Below are positions 35,713 to 44,241 of a DNA stretch of 64,000 nt, piece after piece (positions within the stretch are counted from its first letter, which is position 1; every line of letters begins with the position of its first letter). Below the pieces are notes generated by a model. It was not told where the DNA came from. It was given only the letters and a program-made list of their open reading frames with translations, and made no database searches. The position numbers and the translations under genes are program-made. Origin of the DNA: Myxococcales bacterium. Lineage in GTDB: Bacteria; Myxococcota_A; UBA9042; JABWCM01; BTVJ01. The stretch is from assembly GCA_045863395.1 (NCBI GenBank), contig BTVJ01000025.1, forward strand, positions 1-64,000. Reading direction: 5' to 3'.

Positions 35713-38700
35713 ATGAACCGACGTGCAGCGAACGACACTCAGCCGCTGGTGCGCGCCCTGGCGGCGCTCCTCATCGTCATGGCCACCGCGAGCTGTGTCA
35801 CGGCCGACGGTCCGTCGCCGCTTCCGGAGGGGGACACGGAGAGCGACGCGGCCGGCGACGCTCACGCCTCCGGGGGCGACACGGGCACTGACGGCGCCAC
35901 GGACGCAGCCCACAGCGATACCACCACCGGCGACGCGGGTCCGGGGGGGGCGGATGGGGCAGGCGGAGACGCACCGGATGCCGCCACCGACGCAGCGGAC
36001 GCCACCGACCCCTTGAAGGACGGAGCTGGCGGGCCCGACGGAGGCGACGGCGACGCGGGCGGGCTCGACGGGGAGTCGGACCTCCATGGCGGCAGCGACG
36101 GCGAGGCCGACGGCGCCGACGCGACGCCCGATGGGGTGGATGCGGACGCTGGCTCCGGCTGCCCGGCGGGGGGCTGTGACGACGGAGACCCGTGCACGAC
36201 CGACTCGTGCGACGAGGGGGCGGGCGCCTGCGTCCACGGGCCCGTGGCCTGCGATGACGGGGACCCCTGCACGCTGGACCTCTGCACGTCCGCCACGGGC
36301 TGCTCGTCCACTCCTGCGGACTGCGACGACGGGGACGCCGACACGATGGACGGGTGCAGCTCACTGCACGGGTGCGTCCATGCGCCCCTTGGCTGCGACG
36401 ACGGCGACCCATGCACGGTGCACACCGAGAGCTGTGAGGCGTGGCCGAAGAGCTGCTCCGACGGGGACCCAGCGACGTTTGACCAGTGCGTGCCGGGGAC
36501 CGGTGCGTGCGCACATACCTCGCCCCTGTGCGACGACGGCGACCCCTGCACAGTGGACGCGGTCCACCCGGAGAGCGGCGCGTGCACCCACGTCGCGGCC
36601 CCGTGCGACGACGGCGATCCGTGCATGGAGGACGGCTGCTCCTCCGGGGTGTGCTCCCACGTGCCGGCCTGCGACGACGGCCTGCCGTGTACGACGGACG
36701 CCTGCACCCCCGACGGCGGCTGCGACCACGTGGTGGCCTGTGACGACGGCGATCCCTGCACCAACGACGGGTGCGACGACGGCGGAGAGTGCGTCTGGGC
36801 ACCCGCGAGCTGCGACGACGGCGACCCATGCACCGAGGACGCCTGCACACCGGCGGGAGGTGTCGCGACCTGCACCAGCAGCCCCAAGAGCTGCGACGAC
36901 GCGGACCCGTGCACCGAGGACCTGTGCCTGGGTGGGGTCGGATGCATCCATGTGCCCGTCACCGGGTGCGCAGCGTGCGCGACGGACGCCGCGTGCGATG
37001 ACGGGGACCCCTGCACCGTGGACCGGTGCGAGACCGGCGCGTGCGCCCACGAGGAGGGCGCGTGCGCCGACGGCGATGCCTGCACGGCGGACCTCTGCTC
37101 CCCAGGCTTGGGCTGTGTTCACGACCCGTTCTCGTGCGCCGACGATGATCCCTGCACGGCCGAGTCATGCGACCCCGTGCTCGGCTGCGTCGCACCTGCC
37201 GCGTGCGCGGATGGGGACGCATGTACCACCGACGCATGCGATCAGGCGACGGGGGCCTGCTCCCACGGGGCCGCGGCCTGCGATGACGGCGACCCGTGCA
37301 CGTCCGACGGCTGCGACCCAACCCTCGGGTGTACCCACGGCGCCCCCTGCGACGACGGAGACCTGTGCACCTTCGACCTCTGCATCGGCGGACAGTGCCA
37401 GGCAGCGCCGGTGGCCTGCGACGACGGCGACGCGTGCACGGCGGACGGGTGTGACCCGCGGCTCGGGTGCGTCTCGTCGCCGAAGAGCTGCGACGACGGC
37501 GACCCTTGCACCACCGACGCCTGCGCGCCCGGTGGGGGCTGCGCCCACTCACAGAGCCCTTGCGACGACGGGGACGCCTGCACCGCCGACGGGTGCGACG
37601 ATGAGGGCGCGTGCCAGAGCAGCCCTCTGGACTGCGACGACGGTGATGTGTGCACGACGGACTCGTGCGATCCATTGCTGGGCTGCGCCTATGCGGCGGC
37701 CCTGGTCTGCGACGACGGCATCGCCTGTACGGTGGACGCCTGCGACCCGAAGTCGGGTTGCGAGGCGCTGGACGGCTGCGAGGACGGGGACTTCTGCACC
37801 ATCGACGCCTGCGACGCAGTGAGCGGGACGTGCAGCCAGGAGGTCGTGGACTGCGCCGACGAAAACCTGTGCACGGCGGACGTCTGTGGCCCCATCGGGT
37901 GCTACCACGCGGCGACGGCGTGCGGCGACGGCAACCCGTGTACGGCGGACGCCTGCGACGCTCTGACCGGGAGCTGCGTCCATGCGCCCATCCCAGGCTG
38001 TGCGGGGTGTGCCTCCTCCGCGGACTGTGACGACGCCGACCCGTGCACCGACGAGCTGTGCAGCGCGGGCAAGTGCGCCTTCACGCCAAGGACCTGCGAC
38101 GACGGGAACCCGTGCACGGTCGATGCCTGCACCGGCCCCTTCGGCCAGTGCGCCAGCACCCCGAAGGACTGCGGCGACGGCGACCCCTGCCTTCTCGTGG
38201 GCTGCGATCCCAAGGCGGGCGGGTGCGTCACACTGTCGGTCGACTGCGACGACTACGACCCGTGCACCAAGGACTCCTGCAACCCTGCGTCGGGGTGTGT
38301 CAACGCGAAGACTCCCGGCTGCGCCACCTGCATCGTCCCCAGCGACTGCGACGACGGGCTGGTGTGCACCACGGACCTGTGCAGCCCGTCGACCTTGATC
38401 TGCTCGCACGGGGTGGTCCCGTGCGCCGACGGCGACCCGTGCACCACCGACGCGTGTGTCGAGGGCGCCGGCTGTACCCACACGCCGGCGCCAGGGTGCG
38501 CGGGCTGCCTCACCGCCGCTGACTGCGATGACCAGGACCCCTGCACCCTCGACGCGTGCAACGGCGCGACCAAGGCCTGCACGCACGCGCCGGTGCCGGG
38601 GTGCCAGGTGTGCGCCATCGGCGACGCGTGCGACGACGGGGACGCCTGCACCTCAGACGTGTGCAGCGTCCAGACGCTGCTGTGCGAGCACGAGCCGACG

Positions 38701-39420
38701 CTCTGCGACGACGGTGACCCCTGCACCGTCGACTCCTGTCTCGGGGGGGCGTGCGTCGAGACCCTGCTGCCCGATTGCGAGTCCTGCAGCGGACCCAACG
38801 ACTGTGACGACGATGCGGATCCCTGCACGGATCCGGCATGCGAGGGCGGCTTCTGCGCCCACATGCCCGTGCCCGGGTGCGTCGCCTGCGCCTCCTTCCT
38901 CGACTGCGACGACGGCCTCGCCTGCACCCTCGACACCTGCGACCCACAGACGAGCCGCTGCGTCACCACTGAGGTTGTGTGCGGCGCCCTGGGTCCGTGC
39001 GCCGCTGGGACCTGCGAGGAGCCCGGCGGGTGCGCCGAGCGCCCGGACCCGCAGTGCGACGCGCCCTGTACATCGGCCGCGGACTGCGGCGGGAGCCCCT
39101 GCGTGGCTGCGGCGTGCGTCGCCGGACATTGCCTGCTGACACCCAGGGCCTGCGACGACGGCAACCCTTGCACCGAAGACGCGTGCGACGAGGCCATCGG
39201 GGACTGCGTCCACGAGGTCGCGCCCACCTGTGGAGCCGCACCCTGCACCGAGGACCCGCACTGCGAGACCGACTCTGCGTGCACCTTCGGCTGGTGCGCG
39301 ACGCCGACCGGCACCTGCGTCGTCGCTCCCTTCCTGTGCAAGGTCCCCGACCCCTGCGTCAGCGTGAGCTGCGACCCACTCCTCGGCTGCCTCTCGACCC
39401 CGATCCCCGCCTGCCCCTGA
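35713..39420 (+). CDS. Cys-rich lipoprotein made of about 40 CDDGDPCTxDxC (Dictyostelium CTDC-like) repeats
   Basis: Start MNRRAAND; lipobox ATASC; D/G/A/T-rich linker; repeats continue to the C-terminus. Confidence 0.85.
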   Translation: MNRRAANDTQPLVRALAALLIVMATASCVTADGPSPLPEGDTESDAAGDAHASGGDTGTDGATDAAHSDTTTGDAGPGGADGAGGDAPDAATDAADATDPLKDGAGGPDGGDGDAGGLDGESDLHGGSDGEADGADATPDGVDADAGSGCPAGGCDDGDPCTTDSCDEGAGACVHGPVACDDGDPCTLDLCTSATGCSSTPADCDDGDADTMDGCSSLHGCVHAPLGCDDGDPCTVHTESCEAWPKSCSDGDPATFDQCVPGTGACAHTSPLCDDGDPCTVDAVHPESGACTHVAAPCDDGDPCMEDGCSSGVCSHVPACDDGLPCTTDACTPDGGCDHVVACDDGDPCTNDGCDDGGECVWAPASCDDGDPCTEDACTPAGGVATCTSSPKSCDDADPCTEDLCLGGVGCIHVPVTGCAACATDAACDDGDPCTVDRCETGACAHEEGACADGDACTADLCSPGLGCVHDPFSCADDDPCTAESCDPVLGCVAPAACADGDACTTDACDQATGACSHGAAACDDGDPCTSDGCDPTLGCTHGAPCDDGDLCTFDLCIGGQCQAAPVACDDGDACTADGCDPRLGCVSSPKSCDDGDPCTTDACAPGGGCAHSQSPCDDGDACTADGCDDEGACQSSPLDCDDGDVCTTDSCDPLLGCAYAAALVCDDGIACTVDACDPKSGCEALDGCEDGDFCTIDACDAVSGTCSQEVVDCADENLCTADVCGPIGCYHAATACGDGNPCTADACDALTGSCVHAPIPGCAGCASSADCDDADPCTDELCSAGKCAFTPRTCDDGNPCTVDACTGPFGQCASTPKDCGDGDPCLLVGCDPKAGGCVTLSVDCDDYDPCTKDSCNPASGCVNAKTPGCATCIVPSDCDDGLVCTTDLCSPSTLICSHGVVPCADGDPCTTDACVEGAGCTHTPAPGCAGCLTAADCDDQDPCTLDACNGATKACTHAPVPGCQVCAIGDACDDGDACTSDVCSVQTLLCEHEPTLCDDGDPCTVDSCLGGACVETLLPDCESCSGPNDCDDDADPCTDPACEGGFCAHMPVPGCVACASFLDCDDGLACTLDTCDPQTSRCVTTEVVCGALGPCAAGTCEEPGGCAERPDPQCDAPCTSAADCGGSPCVAAACVAGHCLLTPRACDDGNPCTEDACDEAIGDCVHEVAPTCGAAPCTEDPHCETDSACTFGWCATPTGTCVVAPFLCKVPDPCVSVSCDPLLGCLSTPIPACP
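36175..39417 (+). repeat. Coding tandem array of about 24-aa CDDGDPCTxDxC units
   Basis: About 41 units counted by eye in the translation; tgcgacgacggcgacccgtgc-like motif recurs. Confidence 0.85.
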
Positions 39421-39708
39421 CCGCCCGAGGCCCCACCCGCACATCGGGCCTGCACGGTGGCCAACTACGAGTCGCTCGTCGGGGCGGGTCCCTGAGCAGA
39501 CTCGGTCCGCGCGCGCATCGGCGCGCCCGGCGCCCTTCGACGCTCATGGCAACGCCAGGTCGCCGGGAGCCGGGTCGCCGGAACGAAGCGCGAGATCGAC
39601 CATCGCAGACGAGGTCCAGCGGCGAGGGACCCCACCCCGACGGGCCGGCGCGGTGAAACGAAATGATGGTGAGAGGCCCGCCTCACGCGGGCATGGGCCG
39701 GGGGGCGG

Positions 39709-42700
39709 TCAGGCCGTGAGGCGCCGCCGGACGGCAGGGAGCAGGAGCACGAGCAGGAGCACCAGCACCGACCGAGGCGCGCCCGGCGCCGCGGCGCAGC
39801 CGCCGTCGTCCCCACCGCCGCCACCACCAGCAGAGGCCGCGTCGGGTCCACCGGCGACGTCGCTCCCGCCGGCCGCGTCGGCTCCCCCGATGGTCTCGCC
39901 GCCAGACGAGGCGTCCACGCCGCCGGCAACGTCACCGCCGCCGGTCCCGGCGTCCTCGGACGGGCCGCCGATGTCCTCGCCGGGCTTGGGCGGCTCCTTC
40001 ACGGCCGTGCCATAGAGGAAGTCCTGGTCGTAGTTGTTCGTGTTGTGGTGGTCGTGGGCGAAGCTCTGCCACTCCACGATGCCGTCGGAGGGGCCGGGCG
40101 CTTTCCAGGCGAACATCCAGCCGTTGCGGATGCCGACCGCCACATCGAACTTGCCGTCCCCGTCCAGGTCGCCCATGGTCGGCGACGCGGTCAGCCAGCC
40201 GCCCGTCATCTTGGGCCAGCCGCTGGGCTCCACGCCCTCGGAGTTGATCGCCCGGACCAGATAGCCGCCGCTCCCATTGAGGACCTCTGGCTTCTTGTCA
40301 CCGTCGATATCGGCGACGGTGGGGTTCATGAAGAACTGCCAGTCCTCCATCACCCGCGGCCACGCGTCCAGGAACTTGCCGTTGGCCGTGTCCCACGCGC
40401 CCAGGTGGTGCTCGAAGTTCTCCCTCACGCCGCCGGCGACGAACGTCTTGGCGAAGCCGAAGCCGGCGCCGCCCTTGATGTAGTCGATGCCGCCCTTCGC
40501 GTCGAGGCGGGCGAAGGTGCCGTGGTTGATCAGCATGTACAGCGGCGAGTCTGAGCTGTTGGACTTGGGCCCATAGACCTGGTTGTTGAGCTGGCGGTAG
40601 ACGGTGCCATCATGGTTGTAGATGTAGCCCGAGGACGAGATGGCCTCGATGGCGATCTCCATGGTGCCGTCGTAGTCCAGGTCGGCGAGGATTGGATTGG
40701 CCGGGACGCCCTTGCCCACCACAGGGAGCACGTTGTCCTGCAAGCCGAACAGCTTGATGGGCCAGCCGGGGTGAAAGGGCCCGCCCGCGTGGTCGTTGCC
40801 GTCGTGGTAGAGCACGTAGCCGCGCCCCTCGTTCTCGGCGCCCTTGGCCCCAAAGGTCTCATTGGTGCCGGTCACGATGTCGAGCCACCCGTCGCCATCC
40901 ACGTCGCCCACGGCCGGCGTGCACACGATGCGGTCGGAGTTCTGGGTCTTCTTCGGGTCACGGACCCGCACCGGCCAGCCCTTCATCAGCTTGCCGTCGG
41001 CGTGCCACACGTACATGAAGCCGTCCTGCGCGGCGACGATGATCTCGAGCTTGCCGTCCTTGTCGAGGTCCGCCAGCACCGGGGACCCCATGATGCCGTG
41101 GTCGACGATGTGATCCGGGTCCGTGGTGCCCACCGAGTTGGAGAGATCCGTGGACACGGGGAAGCCCGGGGCCGGCTTGCCCTTGGAGTCATAGACGAAC
41201 ACGCCGCCGTCCCACGTCGTCACCACGACGAACAGGTCCCCGTCCTCGCCCATGAGCTTGCCGATGGCAGGCGCGCCGATGGTGGTCTGGCCTACGTCGG
41301 GGTCGACGACGAGGTCGGCCGTGGCCTTGCACCCGGTCTTGTCGGCGCGGTGGGCGCAGGAGTCCCGGTGGTTGCCCATGCCGAGGATCTTGCCCGTCAG
41401 GTCATTGGCCGGGTCGAGGTGCGGGCGGTACCCCATGCGCACGGGCCACCCATCCGCCTGGCTCCCGTCCGCCTTGAACGCGTGGATCTCACCAGTGCCC
41501 GTCCCCTGGATGATCTCGTCCGTGCCGTCCCCATCCAGGTCCACCATCTTCGAGGCGCCCTCTGCCGAGCCGTTCATCCAGATGGGGAACGCAGGGTGGA
41601 GGTCGGGGTCCTTGTGGACGTGCACTGTCTTGCGGAACTCGCCCTTGAGGTCCGGCTTTCCGGTCACCGACGCGCGCAGTCGGAGCGTGACCGACCGGCC
41701 GTGGGGGTCCTTGAGCTGCTTGTCCAGATCCATCTTCTTCGCCGCCTCGGTGGCGTCCCACGTGGCGATGACGCCCTCCATGCCCGGGGTCGTGCCGCCG
41801 GCGATCTTCGTCCAGCCACCCTTGGGGTCGACGCCGATGGCGTACTCGAGCTCCCAGTCGTAGCTCGCGTACCGCGGGCCTTTGCCGTCGCGACGGGTCC
41901 CGATGCGGCCAGTCACGTCGATCTGCCCCTTGCGGTCGGGGTAGAGCATCTGGAACCAGAGGGGGTCCACGATATCGAGCTCCGGGGGGATCCTGGCGTC
42001 CAGCACGAAGTCCACGCTCGTCCGTGCGTTGTTGCGCCCGTAGCCGAAGTGGAGGTCCCAGCCGGGGCCGCTCGGGAACTTGGTCGGGTCAGTGGCGGAG
42101 CCCGCCACGTCGATGTCGTCCGAGCTCATGATGAGGATGCCGTGCAGCTCCGCCGCGGACAGGGGCGGATCCAGCGCCGCCTTGAGCCCCGCCGCGTAGA
42201 TCAGCCCGGCGTGCCCGCTCGTGATGCCGGTCGCCTCCGAGCTGCACCCGCCACCGGGGGTCGACAGCACGAGCTGCCCACCGTAGTTGGTGCAGTTGTT
42301 GAAGTTCAGGAACGTGGTCGACTTCTCCTTCTTGCCGTGGTCATGGACCACCGCATGCACGTACACCGTGTGGTTGTTGGTGCCCGGCATGTTGTGGTGG
42401 AAGGAGAGCTCGTCGGCGGCGCTTGCAATGACGACCACGTTGTTGTCGTAGGCCCAGTCGATGGCCTGCATGGCCAGCTTCGAGTTGTTCACCGTGCCGA
42501 GCGCCTCCTGGATGACGCTGGCTCCCGAGTCGACGCCGAAGATCACGCCCTCTGCGAAGTCGTTGACGTCCGTCACGAAGCCGTCGCCCACGCGAACATT
42601 CAGAATGGTACAGTTCGGGCACACACCGATGTCGCCCTTGCCGTTGTTGCCCTCGGCCGCCGAGTCGCGCGCCTCGCCGGTGCCGTGGCCGAACCGCGTG

Positions 42701-43305
42701 TCGTCGTAGGGATCGTTGTCGTTCCAGAAGAAGTCCCAGCCGCTGATGTCGTCCACGTACCCGTTGCCGTCGTCGTCCTTGCCGTCCGACGCGAGGCGGA
42801 TGAGGTCGCCCGGATCGAAGACTCCGTTCCCGTTGAGATCCTTGTCCTTGCCGAAGTCGGGGTCCACGTGCTCGTAGTCGCGGATGTCGAACCAGCCGTC
42901 GTTGTTGACGTCCCACTCGTCCTTGCTGTCGGGGCCCTTGGCCGGCATGTACTTGGCCAGCTCGCCCTTGTTCAGGTAGTGCTTGTTGCGGAGGTCGTCG
43001 TTCTCCCAATGGATGCCGCTGTCGAGCACCGCGATGATCACGCGCCGGTCGCCCGTGGTCCGCTGCCAGGCCCGATCCGCGTGGATGCCCGTGCCGAGCT
43101 TGACCTCGTAGGCGCTGATACCGTTGGCCGTGACCCACTCCTCGGGAATGTAGGACCACAGGTTCCACTGGCCCCCAAAGCCCGGGTCGTTCGGCGGGTC
43201 GAGGCGCGGGTCCTCGTTGGGGCCGTTGGGCCAGGCGAGCGCAGTGGACGTGCCAGCCAGGGCCAGTGCGGCGAGCGCCAGAAGGGCGATGCTTCGCAGT
43301 CTCAT
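39709..43305 (-). CDS. Subtilase (S8)-like peptidase with EF-hand-like inserts, FG-GAP repeats and MYXO-CTERM
   Basis: Signal peptide MRLRSIALL...ALA. IAVLDSG, GHGT and CSSEAT. DLDGDG/GWP repeats. C-terminus GGC, TM, RRR. Confidence 0.85.
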   Translation of the reverse strand: MRLRSIALLALAALALAGTSTALAWPNGPNEDPRLDPPNDPGFGGQWNLWSYIPEEWVTANGISAYEVKLGTGIHADRAWQRTTGDRRVIIAVLDSGIHWENDDLRNKHYLNKGELAKYMPAKGPDSKDEWDVNNDGWFDIRDYEHVDPDFGKDKDLNGNGVFDPGDLIRLASDGKDDDGNGYVDDISGWDFFWNDNDPYDDTRFGHGTGEARDSAAEGNNGKGDIGVCPNCTILNVRVGDGFVTDVNDFAEGVIFGVDSGASVIQEALGTVNNSKLAMQAIDWAYDNNVVVIASAADELSFHHNMPGTNNHTVYVHAVVHDHGKKEKSTTFLNFNNCTNYGGQLVLSTPGGGCSSEATGITSGHAGLIYAAGLKAALDPPLSAAELHGILIMSSDDIDVAGSATDPTKFPSGPGWDLHFGYGRNNARTSVDFVLDARIPPELDIVDPLWFQMLYPDRKGQIDVTGRIGTRRDGKGPRYASYDWELEYAIGVDPKGGWTKIAGGTTPGMEGVIATWDATEAAKKMDLDKQLKDPHGRSVTLRLRASVTGKPDLKGEFRKTVHVHKDPDLHPAFPIWMNGSAEGASKMVDLDGDGTDEIIQGTGTGEIHAFKADGSQADGWPVRMGYRPHLDPANDLTGKILGMGNHRDSCAHRADKTGCKATADLVVDPDVGQTTIGAPAIGKLMGEDGDLFVVVTTWDGGVFVYDSKGKPAPGFPVSTDLSNSVGTTDPDHIVDHGIMGSPVLADLDKDGKLEIIVAAQDGFMYVWHADGKLMKGWPVRVRDPKKTQNSDRIVCTPAVGDVDGDGWLDIVTGTNETFGAKGAENEGRGYVLYHDGNDHAGGPFHPGWPIKLFGLQDNVLPVVGKGVPANPILADLDYDGTMEIAIEAISSSGYIYNHDGTVYRQLNNQVYGPKSNSSDSPLYMLINHGTFARLDAKGGIDYIKGGAGFGFAKTFVAGGVRENFEHHLGAWDTANGKFLDAWPRVMEDWQFFMNPTVADIDGDKKPEVLNGSGGYLVRAINSEGVEPSGWPKMTGGWLTASPTMGDLDGDGKFDVAVGIRNGWMFAWKAPGPSDGIVEWQSFAHDHHNTNNYDQDFLYGTAVKEPPKPGEDIGGPSEDAGTGGGDVAGGVDASSGGETIGGADAAGGSDVAGGPDAASAGGGGGGDDGGCAAAPGAPRSVLVLLLVLLLPAVRRRLTA

Positions 43306-43448
43306 CGGTGGTGCTCCTCGGGGGTGGGTCCCAGTTCGACGGTCGGCGGACCATACCACAACCGCCCCACCGTGAGCCACACCCGGTTGCGCTGGGTTAC
43401 CGAGGGTCCCCGTGGGGGCGGCGGATGCCTCCCCAGCCCTCAGGCTCG

Positions 43449-43477
43449 GGAACTGTTGTCGCCCCGACGTTGTCGCA
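43449..43477 (+). promoter_or_regulatory. Putative ECF autoregulatory promoter GGAAC-N18-GTCgcA
   Basis: About 95 nt upstream of the ECF GTG at 43569. Confidence 0.4.
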
Positions 43478-43568
43478 CTACACTGCGGCTGAGCCGGGGC
43501 CCTACCGGCCGGCGACGCCGAGCCAAACGACCCCCCTCTGCGGGGAGAGCTCCCAGGGCGAACGGAAC

Positions 43569-44213
43569 GTGAGCAGAACTTTCGCTACACAGGCGCGTTC
43601 GACGGTGCAGGCAGGCGCGGAGGCGACGCCGGCTCTGGAGCCCTCGGACGAGCAGCTCATGGAGCGGTTCCGCGACGGCGACGCGCGTGCCTTCGAGGTG
43701 CTGGTCGGCCGCCATGGGCGCGCCGTCTACCAGTTCGTTCTTCGATACGTCAGCGACGGCGCAACGGCCGAGGACCTGGTCCAGGAGGTGTTCCTGCGGG
43801 TGGTCCGGAGCGCCCCGGAGTACGAGCGGCGCGCGAAGTTCACCACCTGGGTGTACACCATCGCGCGCAACCAGTGCATCGACGCGCTGCGGAGGCGCCG
43901 CTACCGGCGCCACCCGTCGCTCGATGCGCCCATGGGCGACGAGGACGGCCCGACGCTGCTGGAGACGGTAGCAGGCGACGAGCCGGGCAGTGATCGGAGG
44001 GCGGCTGACACCCAGTTCACTGGGGCGCTGGACGCCGCGCTGGCAGCGCTCCCAGACGAGCAGCGGGAGGTGTTCCTCATGCGGGAGGTGCACAACCTGC
44101 CGTTCAAGGAGATCGCGGAGATCACACAGGTGCCGACCAACACCGTGAAGAGTCGTATGCGTTACGCGCTGGAGGCGCTGCGTCATCACCTCCAGGAGTT
44201 CGACCCGACGTGA
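43569..44213 (+). CDS. ECF sigma factor
   Basis: SDEQLM..GDARAFEVLV.RH, AEDLVQEVFLRV, FTTWVYTIARN, LPFKEIAE..NTVKSRMRYA. Start approximate. Confidence 0.92.
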   Translation: MSRTFATQARSTVQAGAEATPALEPSDEQLMERFRDGDARAFEVLVGRHGRAVYQFVLRYVSDGATAEDLVQEVFLRVVRSAPEYERRAKFTTWVYTIARNQCIDALRRRRYRRHPSLDAPMGDEDGPTLLETVAGDEPGSDRRAADTQFTGALDAALAALPDEQREVFLMREVHNLPFKEIAEITQVPTNTVKSRMRYALEALRHHLQEFDPT

Positions 44214-44241
44214 GCGATCACGACGGGCAGGTGGGTTCGAG

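Noticed and set aside
1..39420. TraA/TraB kin-recognition system
   Set aside because: TSP3 and Cys repeats occur, but no PA14-like TraA head or barrel-plus-OmpA TraB architecture is visible.
39421..39708. Structured ncRNA in the convergent intergenic gap (hairpin 39468-39504)
   Set aside because: Only an imperfect GC-rich stem, likely by chance or a weak terminator. No family features recognised; an Rfam search would settle it.
15204..43572. Other long antisense or alternate-frame ORFs (for example 15204..17939, 20302..22551, 40612..43572)
   Set aside because: Expected in very high-GC DNA. Each overlaps a motif-supported gene and has no recognisable motifs.
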